Source of the DNA: Octopus vulgaris
Taxonomy: Eukaryota
Reading direction: 5' to 3'
Assembly: GCA_951406725.2 (NCBI GenBank)
Contig: OX597828.1
Span: forward strand, 13,950,001 to 14,014,000
DNA length: 64,000 bases
This document shows positions 26,451 through 38,977 of the stretch, in pieces. The position numbers and the translations under genes were made by a program. A model generated the notes under the pieces. That model saw nothing but the letters and a program-made list of their open reading frames with translations, did not search any database and was not told where the DNA came from. Positions within the stretch are counted from its first letter, which is position 1. Every line of letters starts with the position of its first letter.

Positions 26451-26982
26451 AGTCAAAATAAATAAGAAAACGTATTAATAAAAAAATGGACATCTATATT
26501 ATTCATTTAGTCTTCGTATGAGTACCATAAATCAAATCAGAAAGTCAGTTATTTGACCTTTTGTGATTATGGATATCGATCTACAAGATGTACTGATGTG
26601 AAGGAATGAATGAAAATATAAGGTTGTGATGTTCATGCATTTCTTAATGCAATACCGTTAACAGAATGGAATTTAGGTCGCGAATTCACCTTACCAAGAG
26701 AACACCACCTACGAGGATTATTCTTGGCACAAGCAGAAATATAAACACTGGCGCACGCATACACATACACGCTTATATAGGGAGACATACATAATATGTG
26801 TACACTATACACACTGGCATACATATATATGTACATACATACGTTTACGTACATACAAATATAAATGTATACATAAATGCAAATATATATACATACATAT
26901 ATATATATAAAAATATATATCATATGATATATATATTTATATATAAATATCTATACACCCACACACATATACATACATACAT

Positions 26983-27073
<91 letters not shown>

Positions 27074-28186
27074 CACACAGGTACTCGCACATATGTTCAC
27101 ATAGGTATATATGCATAAATATACACACGTGTACGCACACACAAAAACATACACATACACAATCATAAAAAAACGGCATACACTCATATATTCCTACGTA
27201 TATACGCATTCATTCAAGCACAGATATACAGTCATTCACATGTGTATACACTCACAGACAAATACAAAATACAAACACACGTCCATATACATGCACACAC
27301 ACATACACATCATCACATACATATAGACACACACGGAGATAGACATACACGCATACAAGATTATGCATACATAGATACGTATGTTTGCATCCATACACAT
27401 ACACATCTGCATACATACAAGCATACAAAATACATACGTTGGTATATATGTTAGTGTCTATATGTATGTGTATATGTATGTATATTTGTATATATGTATG
27501 CGTGTATGTATGTATATTTGTATGTGTGTATGTGTGTATGTGTGTATGTATGTATGTATGTATGTATATATGTATGTATGTATGTGTAAAAGTATGTATG
27601 TATGTGAATTTGTATGTTTGTGTGCATGTGTGTATGTGTATATATATGTATATACATATATGTATGTATATGTATACGTATGTATATGTATGTATGTATA
27701 TATGTATGTATATATATGTATATATGTATGTATGTATATATGTATGTATATATGTATGTGTATAGATGTATGTATATATGCATGTGTGTATAGATGTATG
27801 TATGTATAGATGAGTGTATGTATACATGCGTGTATGTATGTATGTGTGTATGCATAAATGTATGTATGTATGTATGTATGTGAGCATGTACGTATGCATG
27901 TATGTATGTATGTATGTATGTATGTATGTATGTATGTATGTTTGTATGCTGTGTGTATGCTGTATGTATGGGTTTATGTGTATATGTATATGTGTATGCA
28001 CTTATTCGTACATACATACATACATACATACATACATACATACATACATACATACATACATACATACATACATACATACATACGTACGTGCATACATACA
28101 TACATATATACATACATATACTCACATGTACAAGCATGTCTATGTCACATATACACATTCGCAACATACATACATACATACATACA

Positions 28187-28232
<46 letters not shown>

Positions 28233-28511
28233 CTTACATTCACACGCAAACTCATACACACACACATACACATACTTATTTACGTATGCATATTCTCACA
28301 CATACATATACATCCATAAACATGTATTCTTACATTCCTACATACACCCGTATACATCCATTTACATAGAAGCCCATAGACATATTCATGGACAGTCTCT
28401 TACATTCGCATATAACCGTCAGCATCTATGAACATACGCTTTTCATCACCTAACCGTACGCGGACCACGTACAAACAGACATACTTATACTCACACACAC
28501 ACTCACACACA

Positions 28512-28549
<38 letters not shown>

Positions 28550-28653
28550 CACACTTACACACACATTCATCCATACACTGATATATATTCATTCACACAC
28601 ACACACTCACACACACACTTACACACACATTCATCCATACACTGATATATATT

Positions 28654-28692
<39 letters not shown>

Positions 28693-29228
28693 ACACACTT
28701 ACACACACATGCACACACACACACACACACACATACACACTTACACACACATTCATCTATACACTGATATATATTCATTCACACTCAAACACACACACAC
28801 ACACACGTGTGTTTGTGTGTGTGTGCGTGTACATATGTATGTGAACACATACACCCACATATACTTACGCATACATCCACCCATATACATTGACCATTGA
28901 CAAGCACACACATACGTTATGTCCACTCGACATATATACGCAACTTTTCTAATGTCGGCAGTGACTTGCAGCGCCGTCTACTTTATATTGATTTCTCTAA
29001 ATATCTCCGTGTTTAACCAACAAATGCCATTTACAATAAACTTGTTGCTTTATTTGTAAGGGATTTGCTTGAGTTTTTTTATTTCTTTATAAATACATTT
29101 TTTTATTGACTTGTTAGTTCTTATTTCTTCACCTTTGTGACCGTTTAGTGGTTTGTAGTTGTTTATTTTCAAAACATTTTCTATTTTCCTAACACATTTT
29201 GACCAACCCATATCATACGTTATTATTA

Positions 29229-29296
<68 letters not shown>

Positions 29297-29850
29297 GAGT
29301 GAGAGAGCAGTGCATGCCATCAAAGTGACACTGGGGTAAAATATACGAAGCCCAATATACCCATCATGACTACCCGTCTGATAAGGTTACACCAGGCACA
29401 TGCATCACAACCATATGTGCGCGACATGGTGATCTCATATCAAGATAAACAGCACATGACCTTGCAGGTGGGGCCCAGTTAGAATTTTCTTCAGGTTGAG
29501 TAGCCCATCCCGCTCAAACGGTCCCTGAATAAGGGTTGTTTAAAGATGTTGAAAGAACCACCCATGTTTCCAGAGGTGAACTATTCAAACCCCAAACAAT
29601 CCCTCTCAACACATGGCTACGATGCTCCCCCACTACTTCTGCTCGTGATCAGAGATGCACATATCGTCAGCCACTAAGGGACATGCTCAACTGGTTAAGG
29701 TCAAACAACTGACAAGCAAATCTGTGGTATTGAGCAGAATATTTGCTGTAGCCCATCTTTTATACCAAGACAAAACAATGTACATGATAACACTTCCAAT
29801 CAGTTAAGATCAGAAGCCATGAGAGCCACTGCCTGGTACTGCATCAGGGC

Positions 29851-29851
<1 letters not shown>
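29297..29851. mobile_element. 555-bp non-coding element inserted in a (TTA)n array
   Basis: Complex sequence bounded sharply on both sides by (TTA)n. Confidence 0.65.
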
Positions 29852-29893
<42 letters not shown>

Positions 29894-29931
29894 GTGGTTC
29901 TCTCAACAATTGCAAGTCCTGCAAATTTAAT

Positions 29932-29975
29932 GCTTACCTGACGAGATCTCATCTGGATCGAAATACGTGTAGAGT
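29932..29975 (+). ncRNA. Minimal hammerhead ribozyme
   Basis: CUGACGA GAUC-ucaucug-GAUC GAAA UACGU GUA^GAG; canonical core, self-complementary stem III, imperfect stem I. Confidence 0.7.
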
Positions 29976-30118
29976 TTTTTTACCTTGTTTCTCAAATAAC
30001 TGAGATAGTCATATCTCAGTTATTTCATATTAGAGATATTATTGTGGGGTTTTTTTTTTGTCATTTTGTTATAAACAGCGTGATTATTTTAGTTTTATTG
30101 TTTATACTCCCTATATTA

Positions 30119-30333
30119 GAGGCGGTTATGGCTGTGTGGTTAAGAAATTAACTTTGGAATCACGAGGTTTCGAGCTCAATTCCATTCTGTGATACCTTGG
30201 ACAAGTATCTTCTACCATAGCCCCAAGCCAATCAATGCATTGTAAAAAAGAATTTGGTTGACGGAAACTGTTTGGAATACTGTCTTAAATATATGTGTGT
30301 GCGTGTGTGTGTGTGTGCGTGTGTGTGTGTGAG

Positions 30334-30408
<75 letters not shown>

Positions 30409-30533
30409 ATTTGTTACACACCTACACCCCTTGACAACCAGTACATAACTACTGGGCTCGATTTGTTTTACTGAACCCTTCAACGCAGTCCCCCAGCATG
30501 GCCGCAGTCCAATGACTGAAACAAATAAAAGAT
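30119..30533 (+). mobile_element. SINE family A (diverged)
   Basis: Head, (GT)n centre and tail all present. Confidence 0.75.
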
Positions 30534-31171
30534 ACGCATTAGATATGTTAACACTAAAATTTAGCTATTCTTTTTATGTTGATATTTCCAAGTCACAAAT
30601 AAACTAAATACCTTCTGCATCATCTAATGGACAATCTCGAACATTTATTTCGTGATTCTCCCAGAAATATTTCGCTGGTTACTTTGAAGATCTACGCTTA
30701 TTCGACGAGAGAACATCAAAACCGAAACATGTTGATTGTCGACTATTGCTCTTTCCAGAAAACTGAGATAGCTGAAATCAGATTATCTTTTAGTTAATAT
30801 TGTTTTTCTTGCTTTTCTTTCTTCTGAACCGCATTATTATCTCTAGTTAGATTTCCAATGCTATCTGCATTAAATATGTAAACACATTGATATTTTACTA
30901 TTGTTTGGGTTTGTTTGTTTGTTTGTTTTTGCTTTTTTTGTACTGATGGCACTCTCTAAAGAAGTTAAATATTGTCTACACCAACTAGAGCATACAGTCT
31001 TAAACATTTATTTAATGAATTTTCCATCAATTCTTCTACAAAGTACGTTAACTATCTATGCATATCTGCCGAAACAGGCTGGAATTTTCTTCCGCTCTTT
31101 GCGAAATAACACAAACCATTAGTATGATATAAATCATTAGTTAATATATTTTTCATAGCTTCTAATTATAT

Positions 31172-31668
<497 letters not shown>

Positions 31669-31876
31669 AAACAACAAAAACAACAATATAACAACAAAAA
31701 CGACAACAAAACAACTATATCAATTGTCCGTAAGTTTCATCAACCCTCCCCAAACAGATGCAGTCTCCGCCTACGGAGGGCTCGTATTTAGCGTTGTTCA
31801 TTAACTGATGTCCCACCAAGTTCCTAGTGCCCGGGCTTAAAAGCAGTTATCAAACATCTTTTGTTCAACCTTATGC

Positions 31877-31909
<33 letters not shown>

Positions 31910-32016
31910 GATCGATCGATCTATTTGTCTGTATATTTTTATATTTATATATACACACATATACATGTATACATACACACAGACACACATATACATATAC
32001 ATAAATATATATACAA

Positions 32017-32049
<33 letters not shown>

Positions 32050-32055
<6 letters not shown>

Positions 32056-32160
32056 TAAAAATGGAGTTAACGCAGGTTTAAACAAGTATTTTTACTTTCT
32101 ACATATGTTTCAAGTAAAAATACTTGTTTAAACCTGCGTTAACTCCATTTTTTATTCATA
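32050..32160. repeat. 48-bp near-perfect palindrome with a hammerhead 3' half in the loop
   Basis: Arms 32050-32097/32112-32160; loop reads GAAACAUAUGUA on the minus strand. Confidence 0.8.
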
Positions 32161-32300
32161 TTATTCAAATATTCAACGTAAATACGAAGTTTCAACCTTT
32201 ATAAACAAGGAGTTACAACATCTTTACTTGTGAGATTTTTGCTGCCCTGGTAACTATTCATTCATTTATCCGTGTTAATTGTTAACAAGGTAAAATACAC

Positions 32301-32389
<89 letters not shown>

Positions 32390-32392
<3 letters not shown>

Positions 32393-32930
32393 TGGCTGTC
32401 CCCTCGTTATCGAGTATGCCCATTGCACGAAGCTTAATCAATGTTGTTATCGTGCAATGCTTGTTCAAGAAGATTTTTTTTAAAGCGAGGAAAGGCTGTG
32501 CACTGAGTCAATCCCACTCACTAAACAACAGCAGCCATAATCCGAAAAGAAGAACAAGTCAACATCATCGATAACCACTGAGCCGCAGGTTTTATTTCGA
32601 AGATATCCCAGTTACCTGAGTTACCTTCTCCTAGAAGGATGCCCTAACAAAGGCTAGGAGTCCTTCACTCCCAAAGGTTTAACCGCGCGATCTGGTATTC
32701 AGTCCGATTATTTCTATGTCCCCGCGCATGATACAGCCTTAAGACATTTATTGGATGGCCGTTGACTCTCAAGAGTTCCTCCGCCCTTTGACGGGTTTTG
32801 TTTTTCATCTCGCAGGGTGACCAGTAAACACCCTCATCACCAAGCAAGCTTGGTGGTCGCCGACGACCCGACCATGCAACAGGTTGTACTGGGTTACATG
32901 TTACCAGTAGCACTCGAAAGTGACCTGACA
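32390..32930 (-). mobile_element. Non-autonomous RTE-derived element (5' UTR fused to 3' tail) in (TA)n
   Basis: GGGCATCCTTCTAGGAGAAGGTAACTC resembles RTE 5' UTRs; 3' end ACTCGATAACGAGGGGACAGCCACC(AT)n; relatives at 34368 and 45513. Confidence 0.6.
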
Positions 32931-32961
32931 TATATATAAATATATATATATATATATGTGT

Positions 32962-33450
32962 ATATTAATAGTTATCGCCAAGCTAATATGGTAGTCCATA
33001 AATATAAGACTAAAGCTGCCGTTGATTAGCTCCAAGAGGCCATCGCCTCTAGCTAGCTATATGACACACGAACCTGTGTCCATTATAACCTTCGAACAGG
33101 GGAGGTCAGCCGCTTCCCCTTGCTGGTCAGATATCTGCAGACATGTTATATTTATGGACTACCATATTAGCTTGGCGATAACTATTAATATCCAGTACCG
33201 CTGCCGTAGTCACCTTTAGAGAGACTTAGAAATTTTAATATTTCTATTTTTGAAAACCAGTGGATGTATTCCACTGAAATTAGGTAGATAATCCTTCGAA
33301 CAGACGGTTAGTAGCGACGCCTGCTGGGTTTGGCTACTCTGCATTGATAAAGGGCAAATACCCTGAAACAATAGATAGATGCATATTAATGAGGCAATTT
33401 AGTCGGCTAATTTCACTTCAGCTTTCATAAATATTCATTAACTCACAGTC
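32962..33450 (+). mobile_element. Penelope-like non-coding element with inverted head and degenerate hammerhead
   Basis: 46-bp perfect inverted repeat 32962-33007/33146-33191 abutting (TA)n; UGCA UUGAUAA AGGG-caaaua-CCCU GAAAC...UGCA at 33340-33383. Confidence 0.55.
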
Positions 33451-33699
33451 ACACACACATACACACATCAAACACACACACACACACACCACTTGCACAA
33501 ACACACACCAAACATACACACACACATTTTGAAAATTAATCTGCCGTTATGTTAAGCAACACTACCTAACAAGCAGTCGTCGGAACCTCTATGAGGCTAT
33601 TCGACCTGCCAACAATAGCAACCAAACGGCCCGAATTCAAACCCGAGCGTCTTCGTCTTCGTGAGCCGCTTTAGCAAAACAAAGTCAGTTATAATCGTT

Positions 33700-34000
33700 C
33701 GAGCGAAATGACTTGTTCCTCTCCAAGGCACAAAATCTGGGCAAAGTTGTTTATGGAAAACCAGTGGTCACCCATGCATACTAGCTGATGTTATCTCCAC
33801 ACTACCGATGTTATCCTTGAGAAAGGCAAAGACCGATACAGTTTGGCACCAGTGACATCGCAATTCATTTCTACAGCTGAGTGAATTGGAGCAACGTGAA
33901 ATAAAGTGTATTGCTCAAGAACACAACACACAGCCTGTTCTGGGAAACAAATTCACTACCCCATGATTGTGAGCCCGACGCTTTAGCCACTGAGCCATGC
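33700..34000 (-). mobile_element. tRNA-derived SINE (family D head, different tail)
   Basis: GCATGGCTCAGTGGCTAAAGCG head; GTTCTTGAGCAATACACTTTATTTCACGTTGC. Confidence 0.65.
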
Positions 34001-34184
34001 ATACATACATACATACATACATACATACATACATACATACATACATACATACATACTTTCCACATTTTCCTGCATTTTTACGTTTGATCTTTGACTTCTG
34101 GCCGAAATCAGATCGCCATGTTGATTCGCTAGCCTCTGCGCGCATTTTTTTTCTCTCCTTCTTTCTGTGTTTCTTCTCTGTGTA

Positions 34185-34222
34185 TCTTTCTGTTGAAGAG
34201 CGTAGGCTCGAAACGTAAAAGA
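34185..34222 (+). ncRNA. Minimal hammerhead ribozyme (A6U core variant) in element 34037-34342
   Basis: UCUUU CUGUUGA A GAGC-guag-GCUC GAAAC GUA^AAAGA; 5-bp stem I, ACGU palindromic stem III. Confidence 0.75.
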
Positions 34223-34367
34223 CTTGTTTTATTTATATTCCTGAGCGCCATACTAATACAATTGTCTGTTTGTATTCCACCTGCCTTCGTCTTTTGTTTA
34301 TTTCCGTAAACCTGCCTTCGTCTTTTGTTTATTTTCATAAAGCTTCCCGTTATACATACATACATAT

Positions 34368-34786
34368 GTGGTGGCTGTCAACTCGTAGACGAGTATGACA
34401 AATTATTTTACCCTAGATGGTAAAGACAATGGCTGTCAGCAAGCTTGTGTGATACAGCTAAACTCTCACCTACAAAACCAAGTGGCCCATAAAAAAGTGA
34501 GAGGAAGGTTTCCGGCTTCGTAATGAGGTGGGTGTTACATAAGAATTTCCTTCTCCCAAACAAAAACAAAGCGCTTTTCCCTTCGAGCTGATGGATGACC
34601 GCTGACGTTACTGACTTCATCTATCCTTTTGAAATATTCTGTTTTTCATCCTGCAGTGTGCAACGAAAAGCACCCACCTTACCAGGAAGGCATGGTAGGA
34701 TTGCCGATTTAATCGCCGACAGCCGGACCAAGCGATAGGTAATACTGAGTTACATGTGATCAGTGGCACTAAGATTGACCTGACAT
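34368..34786 (-). mobile_element. Non-autonomous RTE-derived element, diverged relative of 32390
   Basis: Both ends align with 32390-32930 (ATGTCAGGTCA...; ...ACTCGTCTACGAGTTGACAGCCACC). Confidence 0.6.
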
Positions 34787-35178
34787 AATGTACATACATA
34801 CATGCATACATGCATGCATACATACATACATACATACATACATACATACATACATACATACATACTTACTTACTTACATACTTACATACATACATACAGA
34901 AATACATACATACATACGTACATACATACATACATACATACATAACGGGAAGCTTTATGAAAATAGACAAAAGACGAAGGCAGGTAGAAAACAAACAAAC
35001 AATTGTATTAGTATGGCGCTCAGGAAATATAAATAAAGCAAGTCTTTACATACATACGTACATACATGCATGCATGCATGCATACATGCATGCATCCATA
35101 CATACATACATACATACATACATACATACATACATACATACATACATACAGTACCCAATACACTTAGATATATGATAT

Positions 35179-35495
35179 AAGGCGGCGAGCTGGCAGAAAC
35201 GTTAGCACACCGGACGAAATGCTTAGCGGTATTTCGTCTGCCGCTACGTTCTGAGTTCAAATTCCGCCGAGGTCGACTATGCCATTCATCCTTTCGGGGT
35301 CGATCAAATAAGTACCAGTTACGCACTGGGGTCGATATAATCGACTTAATCAGTTTGTCTGTCCTTGTTTGTCTTCTCTGTGTTTAGCCCCTTGTGGGTG
35401 GGTAGTAAAGAAATAGGTATTTCTTCTACTATAGACTCAGGCTGACCAAAGCCTTGAGAGTGGATTTGGTAGACGGAAACTGAAAGAAGGTCATC

Positions 35496-35534
<39 letters not shown>

Positions 35535-35730
35535 CGTGTGTGTGTGTTTGTCCCCCAACATCGCTTGACAACCGATGCTGGTGTGCTTACGTCTCCGTCA
35601 CTTACCGGTTCGGCAAGAGAGGCCGATAGAATAAGTACTAGGCTTACAAAGAATAAGTCCTGGGGTCGATTTGCTCGGCTAAAGGCGGTGCTCCAGCATG
35701 GCCGCAGTCAAATGACTAAAACAAATAAAA
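35179..35730 (+). mobile_element. SINE family B fused to a 5'-truncated family A SINE
   Basis: Family B 35179-35420 followed directly by family A body. Confidence 0.8.
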
Positions 35731-36295
35731 AAAAAAAGAACTTCTTAAGATTTAAAGCATGACGGTTAAATCAAGATATTTCCCTTCCCCACCTTGCTAC
35801 CAAGTTTGGTGGCGGGTCAAAATTTACTCTAAATTAGAAAAGAGGAAGAGAAGCCACACACACATGCATTCGTACACACAAATATATGTAAATACACACA
35901 TTCATGCATGGGTGCATACGTGAGCATATATTCACATTCATAAATATGCGTATGGACGAATACATGAATACATTTATTCCCGAACAGGTATTTACATGCA
36001 CAGACGCTATAAGCACGTATGTGCTAGCATCGGTAGGTAGAGCGAATTATTAAATATCAATGCACATACCAGAACTACATTATGCATACTTACTTGCACA
36101 TAGACACATGCATTTTGTGTGTATTTGTGTATGTATGTGTGTATATATGTACACACACACACGCACAGACACGCACGCACGCACACAGGCGTTGTTTCTA
36201 TCGAACGAGAGGACGAGTGCTTATTACACTTGTAAACGAGAAACTTTGTAACGGTTTGAGGCTTCCACTGAATATATATATGTATATAAAGTAAG

Positions 36296-36414
<119 letters not shown>

Positions 36415-36439
36415 CAGACAGATAGACAGACAGACAGAC

Positions 36440-36532
<93 letters not shown>

Positions 36533-37913
36533 CGAAACGCTCTTGCACAACGAGTACAACTACATAATTTTTATCTGAAATAGATACATGTGTATACATA
36601 TTCGTACACACACACACACACAAGCACATGGCAAGATACATACACTTGCACACACAAATACACACCCGTAATTAAATTTCGTTTCACTTGGTTGGTAGAC
36701 CAAAATATTGATTGCTATTCCACTTGGCACAAATGTCCTCAGTAGACCAGAAACAAATATTGACCTAGACACGCAAGTTTGAAAAAAAAAATCCTCATCT
36801 TAGTATATGCAGTTTCCCTTTGATGATCGATTATAGATCAGTAAATCTATCACGATAAGGCAAAACGTGACTGGCAGAGTCAAATGATTGGGTCTCTGGG
36901 CTGACCAATCGGACGTTCAACGCTTTGTAAACTCGTCGCTGGCGCCATTGTATTACATCACTGATCAAATTATTTGAGCTTCTCAATTAAGCGGAACCAA
37001 CTTGTCACTTCCGGGAAACTGCGAATATAAAATAAAAAATCCCGGATTCCTGTGAAAAGACTCCGTTTTTTCATTCATTTTTTTGTTTCATTATTTGTGT
37101 GTGTGTGTGTGTTAGAAAATATCTCTCTTATTTAACGACCTGAAGCTTTGGGTACTGGAAAGCGGGGATCTTGAAAATAAAATTTCTTTTCATCTCAGCA
37201 AAAACAAAAAAGCTTGCACACTTGTATTGAAAATTTTTAACGATTAATGCAAAAACGATAAAATTTTTCCTGAATATTAGAAACTATTTTGAATCAGATT
37301 GTATTGTTTGTCTTCAGAAGCGTCTATTAATGATTGTACTGTTCAGGTTTCATTGTAACTTGGTAACAAATGGTCCGACAGCTGAAAATGTACTTTTCAC
37401 TTTCTCGGAAATTGAAGAAACAATATTCATTTCGAATTCTGGCTGAGGGCCAGCAATTTCAGGAGAGCAGTTAAGTCGATTATATCGACTTCAGTGTTCA
37501 ACTGGTACTTTCTTTATCGACCCCGAAAAGATGAGAGGCGAAGTCGACACCGGTGGCATTTGAACTCAGTACTTAAAATCGAAAGAAATACCACTAGACA
37601 TTTTTTTTCCGCGCAGTAACGATTGTGCCTGCTGGGTGCCTTACTTGCCTTCAGTATTGCTGAGGCCAAGTAAGGCACCCCAGGTAAAGGCAAGGGACAT
37701 GTTAACCGTTGTATGTCCTATAATTTCACCTTCATCTCTTTCACAATGTTTTTTTTTTCTGTTTTATTGTTTGATTAAGAAGTTCACTTTGCAACCATGT
37801 AGTCTCGGTGTCAGTGATATATATACATATATAGTCATAGACGGAAATGTCATTGACAACGAGAAAGCTCGAAGAGATGGCAATCATCTGTGAAGATCAA
37901 GCAGTCACTATGT

Positions 37914-38402
<489 letters not shown>

Positions 38403-38977
38403 ATCATATGGCGTAGTGGTTGATGCATCAAGGTGATGCTCCAGCATAGCTGCAGTCCAATGAATGAAGCAATTAGAATATAATTCAGTCACACTTTTGC
38501 TCCTTTACTGCGCGATTCTTTTCTTGACACATTATCGCCGTAAGATGGACTTTGAAGCAGTTTTCAAGGTTTCAATTCATAGAGAAAAAGAACAAATACG
38601 CCTTGTACGACATTACTTCGACCTAGTTTTCAACTCCGATTTTAATCGGTTCCAATCCTGATTCAATAGCATCGGTACCATTAAATACATTGCCTGAAAA
38701 ACCGAGTAGTTGTTCTGTATCGGTTAAAACTTTCGCAATCTTGCTTTTGAAGTCCAGAAAACTTTCGAGCACAATAATGGTTTCAAATTTTGGAAGAAGG
38801 CGAACAGTTTTCTGCAAGTGGATTACACTGACTCTAGTCCTTGACTCACACTTTCATTTATCGACCCCGAAAGGATGAAAGGTAAAGATAACCTTGGCGG
38901 TATTTCAAGTGAGAGTGCAAAGAGCCGGAATAAATGCCGCCAAGAATTTTTTCCGATGCGCTAACGACGCTGCCAGC

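Noticed and set aside
30698-30738. Weak HHR-like motifs here and near 25690, 42860 and 45095
   Set aside because: GAAAC halves are present but stems I and II do not pair convincingly; not counted.
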